A stretch of 64,000 bases of DNA from assembly GCA_016180645.1 (NCBI GenBank), contig JACPAV010000003.1, positions 186,001 through 250,000 of the forward strand, in the 5' to 3' direction. A program made the position numbers and the translations under genes. Shown here in pieces: positions 57,031 through 64,000 of the stretch. Source of the DNA: Nitrospirota bacterium. GTDB taxonomy: Bacteria; JACPQY01. Under the pieces are notes generated by a model. It made no database searches, was not told the DNA's origin, and saw only the letters and a list, made by a program, of their open reading frames with translations. Numbering within the stretch: the stretch's first letter is position 1; every line of letters starts with the position of its first letter.

Positions 57031-57927
57031 CTATCCGAGCAACTGCAGAACGGATTGATTCAGCAGGTTGGCCTGGGCCAGGAAGGCCGTGGCCGCCTGC
57101 TGCAAAATGGATGCTTGAGTAAAATTCGCCACCTCGGATGCAAAATCGAGGTCTCTCACCTGGCTCAGCGCGGCGGTGACGTTGAATCCCATGTTCTCGT
57201 CCGCCTTCGAAGACACGCCCAGGGCGTCCTGGGTGCCCCCCAGGGCTCCCCGGAAGAAGGACAGCGAACGAATGGCGGCGTCGACGGATGTAATGACGCT
57301 TTTTGCGGCGGAGACCGAGCTGAGCGTCCCGTAGAGCAGGTTCGACGTGCCTCCGGACACCCTCATGGAGTTCTCAATGGAAGATACGCCGTTGATGAAA
57401 TTGACCGGCATCATCTGATCCGCACTCGGTCCCAACGCAAATTTCACACCCGCCAGAGTCAAACTGGTGGTCAGCGCCCCGGTGGATCCGGATCCTCCCG
57501 CGGAATTGGTGGTCTTGAGAAGAACGATGTCACTGTAGCGCGTCGTATTCATGACGCGTTGGATCTCACTCTTCAAGTTTGTGAACGCCGCGCTCAGGCC
57601 CGTCCGACCCGCCGAATCGACCGTCCCATTCGCGGCCTGGAGCGAGAAAACCCGGATCTTGTTCATGATGTCGACGATATCCGCCGCGGCGCTGTCGGCG
57701 ATCTGGATCACCTCGATGCCTTCGCTGGCGTTCCGTGCGGATTGCTGGAAGGCCATGGCATCGACGCGAAGTTTGACGGAAATGCCGATGTACCCCGGAT
57801 CGTCCGCCGCCTTCATGATGCGGAGCCCCGAGGAGAGGTGTTCGAGCGAGTTCTGCGCGCGCTGGTTGTGCCGGTTCAGATACAGAGCTGTATCCAGCGC
57901 GGCCAAATTGGTGTTCAGACTGATCAA
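57031..57927 (-). CDS. fliC: flagellin 4 (298 aa, most divergent)
   Basis: ISLNTN...LSSGLRI.KAADDP; VRDLDFASE...LAQAN...VLQLLG; TTG start with GGGAGGT RBS. Confidence 0.93.
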   Translation of the reverse strand: MISLNTNLAALDTALYLNRHNQRAQNSLEHLSSGLRIMKAADDPGYIGISVKLRVDAMAFQQSARNASEGIEVIQIADSAAADIVDIMNKIRVFSLQAANGTVDSAGRTGLSAAFTNLKSEIQRVMNTTRYSDIVLLKTTNSAGGSGSTGALTTSLTLAGVKFALGPSADQMMPVNFINGVSSIENSMRVSGGTSNLLYGTLSSVSAAKSVITSVDAAIRSLSFFRGALGGTQDALGVSSKADENMGFNVTAALSQVRDLDFASEVANFTQASILQQAATAFLAQANLLNQSVLQLLG

Positions 57928-58069
57928 CGCTTACCTCCCTGTAAGCTGGTCCGCCTATGGGCGGACTCCTCTCGCCCCGAATCCTTTCGGAGCGTTCTTC
58001 CATCGGGCGCGTCCTAGGTGGAGCTGGCCGCTTCCCTTTCTCCTAGCGCAATTTCAGCCCGTATCGACA

Positions 58070-58096
58070 CCATCGGAAGGATCGGTAGAAACTTTA
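58070..58096 (-). promoter_or_regulatory. sigma28 promoter of flagellin 4 (and probably flagellin 3)
   Basis: TAAA-N15-TCCGATGG. Confidence 0.8.
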
Positions 58097-58161
58097 GGGG
58101 AGGTAGGATCCCCGCCCCGGCGCGGGGAGGGGCGGCGGCAGGGGCGAGGCATGCCTCGCCC

Positions 58162-58635
58162 CTACTGCTCGTTCTCTCGAATGAGACTCATGAAACGGAC
58201 AAGGCGCTCATCCGTTTCCCGGAGCCTCGAGCACAGAGAGCGGGCGATATTGAGAACCAGGTGAAAGGCAAAACTGGAGTGGTTTGCGAGAAATTTCTTC
58301 AATTCGTCTTCAGGAAGGAATTCGCAAATGGTGGCTTCGGACGCAATGATGGCGGCAATGGTGGGCTGCCCGTCCAAGAACGACATCTCACCGAAAAATT
58401 CCCCGTCGCTGAGATAGGCGATGACCTCGGGACCCGACGATCCCCTCTTTTTCACCACCCCCACTCTCCCATTTCGAATGAAATAAATGCCCCCACTCAT
58501 CTCTCCCTCTTCGATGATGGACTGCTTGCCCTCGAAGAAACGCTCCTGGGAAAGCTGGAGGATCTCTTCGGACTCTTCAGGCGTGAGTTTTCTGAAAATG
58601 GGGTGGTTTTGGAAGAACCCCTTTCGCTGAATCAA
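58162..58635 (-). CDS. stand-alone cyclic-nucleotide-binding domain protein (no HTH)
   Basis: HPIFRKL, IIEEGE, IYFIRNGRV, FFGEMSFLDGQPTIA; start overlaps the nuoM stop. Confidence 0.85.
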   Translation of the reverse strand: MIQRKGFFQNHPIFRKLTPEESEEILQLSQERFFEGKQSIIEEGEMSGGIYFIRNGRVGVVKKRGSSGPEVIAYLSDGEFFGEMSFLDGQPTIAAIIASEATICEFLPEDELKKFLANHSSFAFHLVLNIARSLCSRLRETDERLVRFMSLIRENEQ

Positions 58636-60134
58636 GAACCGGCTCCCATAATCTGAAGTAGACTCTCCACTGTTCTCGCCATCACGTCAAGCGCCGGGGC
58701 GGGATACACGCCTAGAAAGAGCACCAGGACGGCCAGAGGCGCCAGCGTGAGGATTTCCAAACGATCCACATCCGGAAGACCGGCAAATTTCGGATTCAGC
58801 GGGCCAAGAAACACCCGCTGGAGGGTCCACAACACGTAGGCCGCCGTGATCACAATGCCAAGCACACTCACCACGGTCAGCCAGCGATACGGGCCGAAGG
58901 CCCCAAGGAAGCAAAGCACCTCGCTGACAAAGCTGCTAAGCCCCGGCAGGCCCAACGCGCCGAAAAATGCGAGGCCCGAGATCGCGGCGTATAAAGGCAT
59001 GCGGACCGCCAGCCCTCCAAACCCGTCCAGGTCTCGGTGGTGGGCCCGATCGTAGATCACGCCGACCAAAAGGAAGAGCATCGCCGTGACGGCTCCATGA
59101 TTGAACATCTGGAGGAGGCCGCCGTTCAGTCCGTGTGCGGTGAAGGACGCCATCCCCAGGGTGGCGATACCCATGTGGCTGATACTCGAGTACGCCACCA
59201 GTTTCTTGAAATCCTTTTGGGCCATGGCGCAAAAGGCGCCGTAGATGATGTTGATCACGGCGAGGGCCGGCAGCACGTAGATCTCCTTCGAGAACCAGAA
59301 ACTCTCCTCGGGAAGCATCGTGAAGTTGATCCGGTAGAGGCCGTACGTCCCCATCTTGAGGAGAACTCCGGCAAGGATGACGCTGACGGCGGTGGGCGCC
59401 TCCACGTGCGCATCGGGAAGCCAGGTATGAAACGGGAATAGGGGAATCTTGATCGCGAACCCGATGAACAGGAGAACGAAAATGAATTTCCAGAACGGCC
59501 CGTCGAAGGCGGCACGCTGGGCGATGATCTGCGTCATGTCGAAGGTGTGGGGTTGCGTGTTGAAGTAGAACGCCAGCATCGCCACGAGCATCAGCACACT
59601 CCCAAGGAGCGTGTAGAGGAAGAACTTGATGGCCGCGTATTCCTTCCGGGGCCCGCCCCAGATCCCGATGAGAAAATACATCGGCAGAAGCATCACTTCC
59701 CAGAAAACGTAGAAAAGGAAAAAGTCCAATGCGAAGAAAACGCCCAGCATGCCCGTCTCCAAAAGCAGGAATAGGGCAAAGTACCCCTTGGCGCCTTTTT
59801 GGATCGAACGGGAGGCCGGAATACAGAGCACACTGAGCAGACTGGTCAGGACGACCATCAGAATGCTCAGGCCATCCACCCCCATGAAATACTGGACATT
59901 GAAGGCGGGAATCCATGCGGCCTTCTCTACGAATTGAAGACCGGAACCATCGATTCCCGCCGCGGTGCGGTCGAACGCAGCGAAGAGCCAAACGGACAGA
60001 ACAAGCGACGGTAGGGTGGCGATCTGGCTCACACCCCGGATCCATCGGATTTTTCCGGACGGAACCATGAGAACAAGGACCGCACCGGCCAGGGGCAGGA
60101 ACGTGATGAGCGTGGGAAGGTGGTTTCGAATCAT
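58632..60134 (-). CDS. nuoM: NADH-quinone oxidoreductase subunit M
   Basis: FYVFWEVMLLPMYFLIGIWG, PFHTWLPDAHVEAP, LVAYSSISHMG; ATG 60134 overlaps the nuoL stop. Confidence 0.96.
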   Translation of the reverse strand: MIRNHLPTLITFLPLAGAVLVLMVPSGKIRWIRGVSQIATLPSLVLSVWLFAAFDRTAAGIDGSGLQFVEKAAWIPAFNVQYFMGVDGLSILMVVLTSLLSVLCIPASRSIQKGAKGYFALFLLLETGMLGVFFALDFFLFYVFWEVMLLPMYFLIGIWGGPRKEYAAIKFFLYTLLGSVLMLVAMLAFYFNTQPHTFDMTQIIAQRAAFDGPFWKFIFVLLFIGFAIKIPLFPFHTWLPDAHVEAPTAVSVILAGVLLKMGTYGLYRINFTMLPEESFWFSKEIYVLPALAVINIIYGAFCAMAQKDFKKLVAYSSISHMGIATLGMASFTAHGLNGGLLQMFNHGAVTAMLFLLVGVIYDRAHHRDLDGFGGLAVRMPLYAAISGLAFFGALGLPGLSSFVSEVLCFLGAFGPYRWLTVVSVLGIVITAAYVLWTLQRVFLGPLNPKFAGLPDVDRLEILTLAPLAVLVLFLGVYPAPALDVMARTVESLLQIMGAGS

Positions 60135-62113
60135 AGTCGGATTTGGAGCCATAGCACAAGAAAGACACCGATGAAAATGACGAAGACATAGTTTTGTACG
60201 ACGCCCGACTGGACCAGCCGGAGCGCGCGTCCGAATCCGTCAAAGAGCCAAGCCGTGAGATTCACAGCGCCATCCACCCCTCGCAGGTCAACCGTTCCAC
60301 TCGCGAAGGCCGTTTCCTTCGTCAAGCGCCCCGCTCCGTTGACCGCTCCGTCGATGACGTCGCGGTCGAAGGCCCCGAGTCCGTCCTTGAGATGAAGTAT
60401 CGGCATGACTACCGCCCGATCGTAGGCCTCATCGACGAAAAAGCGTCCCTTGACCCATCGGACCAGTGCCGGGATCCATCGATCGGCCTGCGCCTGAACC
60501 TGCTTCCCGCGTCGGTGCACCCACCAAGCCGTCAGGATTCCCAACAGCGCGACGCCGGAACCACCGATGGCGGAGGCGACGACTCCACTCCCGGCCCCCC
60601 CGTGAGCTTCGGCGCCCGGTTCCAGGAAATCCTGCAAGAAACTGTGACCCAACCAATGGGGCAATCCGAGCCACCCACCCGCCGCCGCGCCGACCGCCAG
60701 AAACAAGAGCGGACCCAGCATCACCCAAGGGCTCTCGTGAATGTGGTGGTAGACGTGTGAGTTCCCCCTGAAGGAGCCCCCGAAAACCGAGAACATGAGC
60801 CGGAAAATGTAGAACGCTGTCAGGAAGGCGACCGCGAGCGAGGCGATCCACGTCAGCCGATCCGTCTGCCAAGCGCTCACGAGAATCTCATCCTTGCTGA
60901 AGAACCCCGAGAAGGGCGGCACGCCGGCCAGGGCAAGCGATCCGATCAGAAACACGGCAAAGGTCCAGGGCAATTTCCGAATCAGTCCCCCCATCTTCCG
61001 CATGTCCTGCCTGTCGTTTTCGTTCTCCGCGGCGTGCAGAGCATGAATCACGCTCCCCGCGGAAAGGAACAGCAGCGCTTTGAAGAAGGCATGGGTGGTG
61101 AGGTGAAACATCGCCGCACTTCTCGCATGCCCTCCCGCCGCCACGAACATGAGGCCCAGTTGACTCACGGTGGAATAGGCCAGAACCTTCTTGATGTCAT
61201 TTTGTCCCACGGCGATCAGACCTGCCAGGAGGGCCGTGGCCAGACCCACGATGGCGACAAGGTGGGAGGCCGTGATGGCCACATCGTAGATCGGGGAGGC
61301 ACGCACGACCAGGTACACACCGGCCGTAACCATTGTGGCGGCATGGATCAACGCGCTCACCGGCGTGGGGCCCGCCATGGCGTCCGGCAACCAGACGTAG
61401 AGCGGGATCTGGGCCGACTTCCCGGCCGCTCCGCAGAAGAGGAGCAGGCCGATGAGATTGGCGAGGAACGGAGTCGCGTACAATGCCGGCCCGCCTAGAG
61501 AGGCAAAGGAGAGGGGAGATACTCCCGCCCCGGCCTCCTGCCGCGACAGAAGGAGCACCGCCACAAGGAAACCGAAATCCCCGATTCGATTGACGATGAA
61601 CGCCTTCATGCCGGCTTTCGCCTTCTGGATATCCGTGAACCAGAAGCCGATGAGAAGGTAGGAACAGAGACCCACCCCTTCCCATCCAATGAACATCATC
61701 AAGACGTTCTCACTGAGAACCAGGACGAGCATGAACGCAACGAACAAATTCAGGTAGGCGAAGTAGCGGGAGTATCCAGAGTCTCCCTTCATGTATCCAA
61801 CCGAATAGACATGAATGAGAAAACTGACCCCGCTGACGACCAAGATCATCCAGGACGAAAGGGGATCGATCAGGAAGGCGAACTGAGCCGTGACCGGCCC
61901 GGCCCGCAGCCACGTGAAAAAGGAAATGATCTCCGAGGCACCGTGTGGAGCGCGCAGCACCGACTGAAACGTTCGAAGCGAAAGCAGGAATGACGCGAGC
62001 ACCGCCCCCGGAGCCACCACGGAGACGAAACGGGGCCCGAGCTTCTTCCCGAACGCGCCGCAGAGGATGGCTCCCGTCAAAGGGGCAAGAACGATCCAGA
62101 TTTCGGGATGCAT
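60131..62113 (-). CDS. nuoL: NADH-quinone oxidoreductase subunit L
   Basis: GWEGVGLCSYLLIGFW, KSAQIPLYVWLPDAMAGPTPVSALIHAATMV, HAFFKALLFL. Confidence 0.97.
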   Translation of the reverse strand: MHPEIWIVLAPLTGAILCGAFGKKLGPRFVSVVAPGAVLASFLLSLRTFQSVLRAPHGASEIISFFTWLRAGPVTAQFAFLIDPLSSWMILVVSGVSFLIHVYSVGYMKGDSGYSRYFAYLNLFVAFMLVLVLSENVLMMFIGWEGVGLCSYLLIGFWFTDIQKAKAGMKAFIVNRIGDFGFLVAVLLLSRQEAGAGVSPLSFASLGGPALYATPFLANLIGLLLFCGAAGKSAQIPLYVWLPDAMAGPTPVSALIHAATMVTAGVYLVVRASPIYDVAITASHLVAIVGLATALLAGLIAVGQNDIKKVLAYSTVSQLGLMFVAAGGHARSAAMFHLTTHAFFKALLFLSAGSVIHALHAAENENDRQDMRKMGGLIRKLPWTFAVFLIGSLALAGVPPFSGFFSKDEILVSAWQTDRLTWIASLAVAFLTAFYIFRLMFSVFGGSFRGNSHVYHHIHESPWVMLGPLLFLAVGAAAGGWLGLPHWLGHSFLQDFLEPGAEAHGGAGSGVVASAIGGSGVALLGILTAWWVHRRGKQVQAQADRWIPALVRWVKGRFFVDEAYDRAVVMPILHLKDGLGAFDRDVIDGAVNGAGRLTKETAFASGTVDLRGVDGAVNLTAWLFDGFGRALRLVQSGVVQNYVFVIFIGVFLVLWLQIRL

Positions 62114-62115
62114 CC

Positions 62116-62421
62116 CTACCCCTTCAATTCCCGAACTTCATCCGCATTGGCTGTGCGAACCTGGTGGTAGATCGCCAACGTGGCCGCGAGCACGACCACG
62201 GCTTCGGCGGCCGCGAGAAGGATGACAAAAATCGCCGCGACCTGACCTTCGAGTGGAACTCCTCGGAGCTTGGCTGCGGCCGCAAAGTTGAGCGCCGCCG
62301 AATTCAAGATCAACTCGACCCCCATGAGCACACCGACCGCGTGCTTTCGGCGGATCACGCAGAATCCCCCAAGGAGAAACAGGCCGGCCGCCACCATCAT
62401 GAAATGGTGAGGAGGGATCAC
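62116..62421 (-). CDS. nuoK: NADH-quinone oxidoreductase subunit K
   Basis: LMGVELILNSAALNF, LAAAEAVV. Confidence 0.93.
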   Translation of the reverse strand: MIPPHHFMMVAAGLFLLGGFCVIRRKHAVGVLMGVELILNSAALNFAAAAKLRGVPLEGQVAAIFVILLAAAEAVVVLAATLAIYHQVRTANADEVRELKG

Positions 62422-62930
62422 TCCGGTTTCCCTTCGGGGCGGAGCTCTTTGCGAACCAGTATGACGGCCCCCAAAAGCGTGATCACCATAACCAACGAGA
62501 TCAGTTCGAAGGGAAAGAGATACTGTCCCACGAGGGCGTTTCCGATCTCTGCCGTTCCGGCATCGGTTTCGGGCCGGCTCCCGCCTGGAGGAAGCGCCCG
62601 GGTCACGCGCCAGAGAACGAATCCGAGGCCCGCCATCACCAAAACGGCCGGGAACGTGGTCAGCGCACTACGAGAAACCTGGACATCATAGGAATGCCGC
62701 GTGAGCATGACACCGAACAGCACCAGAATCTGGATGCCCCCAACGTAAACAAAGACCTGGACCCCCGCGAGGAATTCAGCCGACAACAGGATGTACAGGC
62801 CGGCAACACCGGCGAAGGTTCCAAAGAGAGCGAACGCAGCTCGGACGATATTCCGACTGAAGACCACGACAGTCGCCGTTCCCAGTGTAAGTGCGACAAG
62901 GGCAGAGAAAATGATCTGTTGCGCACTCAT
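62418..62930 (-). CDS. nuoJ: NADH-quinone oxidoreductase subunit J
   Basis: AEFLAGVQVFVYVGGI.ILVLFGVML, YLFPFELISL. Confidence 0.93.
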   Translation of the reverse strand: MSAQQIIFSALVALTLGTATVVVFSRNIVRAAFALFGTFAGVAGLYILLSAEFLAGVQVFVYVGGIQILVLFGVMLTRHSYDVQVSRSALTTFPAVLVMAGLGFVLWRVTRALPPGGSRPETDAGTAEIGNALVGQYLFPFELISLVMVITLLGAVILVRKELRPEGKPE

Positions 62931-62962
62931 TTCGGGATTGTCCGGGTCTTATGTCCGCGCGG

Positions 62963-62990
62963 ATTATATCGGGGGAACCCCAAACGTCAA
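62963..62990 (-). promoter_or_regulatory. sigma70 promoter of nuoJKLM
   Basis: TTGACG-16 nt-TATAAT. Confidence 0.7.
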
Positions 62991-63019
62991 CCCACGTGGC
63001 TGACGCGCCGCGTCATTCC

Positions 63020-63077
63020 GGCGTGAATCCCAATCACCACTCCGATCGCCGTCCGTGTAGCGAAGCGAAGGGGACGG
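63020..63077 (+). repeat. single copy of the 57-bp hairpin element
   Basis: GGCGTGAATCCCAATCACCACTCCGATCGCCGTCCGTGTAGCGAAGCGAAGGGGACGG matches the 50477-50596 units. Confidence 0.85.
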
Positions 63078-63251
63078 AGGATCGATTAAACTCAACGGGC
63101 TGATGGAGCATGCAAGCCGGCCACAACCGGAGCATCCGCGTGCTATGGGAAACATCACCTGTCCATCAGATTGCAAAGTTGCCTATTTATTCGGCACTCA
63201 CGGAAATCCCGTCCAGCCAAAGTGATGCGATCAACGTCCCGGTCTGGTTAT

Positions 63252-64000
63252 TCACAGTCTATCCACTTTTTCTGTGGAGAACTTCTTGGCTCTCCCCCAT
63301 AATTTTTCCCATTCGCTCGCCTTCAATCTTGAAATGTCGAGTCCCAACCGACTTGCTTCCGATTCCATGTATTGAAAACGCTGCACAAACCGATTGACCG
63401 TTCCATGAAGCGCCGATTCGCCGTCTACTCCCCAGAATCGACCCAGATTGATGAGCGTAAAGAAAAGATCTCCCAATTCCTCCTCGACACGACGCTTTTT
63501 CCCATGCTTCAATTCATGCTCAAGCTCGCCGAACTCCTCTTTCACCTTCCTGAGAACACCGCGTGAGTCCTTCCAATCGAAACCCAGCCGGGCCGCTTTC
63601 TCCGAAACTCGTCTTGCCCTCATCAGCGCAGGCAGCGCCCTCGGAACGGAGGCCATCACAGACCGACCGTTTCCCTCCCGCGCCTTGGTGCGAGCCCACT
63701 GCTTGAGAACTTGATTCGCGGTTCGGAGCCCGGTTCGTTTGAACACGTGTGGATGACGGCGAACCAATTTGCTCGACAGCGCATCGGCCACGTCGTCCAC
63801 ATCAAACCATTTCTTTTCCCACGCCATTTGAGACAGGAAAAACACCTGATATAGCAGATCTCCCAACTCCTCCTTGAGGCCTTCTCTCTCTGCTCGCGAC
63901 ACAGCGGTATGCACACTGCGCTTCCGGCCGCCTCTGTGATCCTGTTGTCCGCGGTGACGGGAAAATTGTTCCAAACACTCGACTACCTCATAAGCTTCCT
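63252..64000 (-). CDS. mazG: nucleoside triphosphate pyrophosphohydrolase MazG (5' end outside the window)
   Basis: Frame is open to the window edge (EAYEVVE); LKEELGDLL, RRHPHVF, GFDW, EEELGDLFF. Confidence 0.95.
   Translation of the reverse strand, partial: EAYEVVECLEQFSRHRGQQDHRGGRKRSVHTAVSRAEREGLKEELGDLLYQVFFLSQMAWEKKWFDVDDVADALSSKLVRRHPHVFKRTGLRTANQVLKQWARTKAREGNGRSVMASVPRALPALMRARRVSEKAARLGFDWKDSRGVLRKVKEEFGELEHELKHGKKRRVEEELGDLFFTLINLGRFWGVDGESALHGTVNRFVQRFQYMESEASRLGLDISRLKASEWEKLWGRAKKFSTEKVDRL

Noticed and set aside
63078-63250. Possible structured ncRNA or riboswitch between mazG and the nuoJ promoter
   Set aside because: No recognisable conserved motif by eye; an Rfam covariance search would be needed.

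Overview
GC-rich chromosomal window from a flagellated Gram-negative bacterium (LolA, lipoboxes, sigma54/sigma28 signals; Deltaproteobacteria/Nitrospirota-like flavour, lineage not determinable from this window). The left half (1-33 kb) is rich in large lipoproteins. It holds a crotonase/lipase-like lipoprotein/lolA/PDZ-membrane-protein operon, a vapBC module, and three paralogous ~1470-1720 aa surface lipoproteins. These three share an N-terminal stalk carrying a (GVRG)n loop and the same CRP/FNR class II-type promoter, but end in different beta-propeller heads. The middle is housekeeping: guaB, lon, clpX, clpP, tig, tRNA-Leu, tRNA-Ala, an NtrC-type regulator and an O-antigen-ligase/TPR protein. 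The right half is a sigma28 flagellar filament locus (fliS, fliD, four short divergent flagellins, two glycosyltransferases and an atypical second FliD-like protein), followed by nuoJKLM plus a cNMP-binding gene and a partial mazG. Small palindromic and 7-8-mer repeat elements occur throughout, including in frame inside proteins, and several genes look leaderless. No CRISPR array, integrase or transposase is seen.
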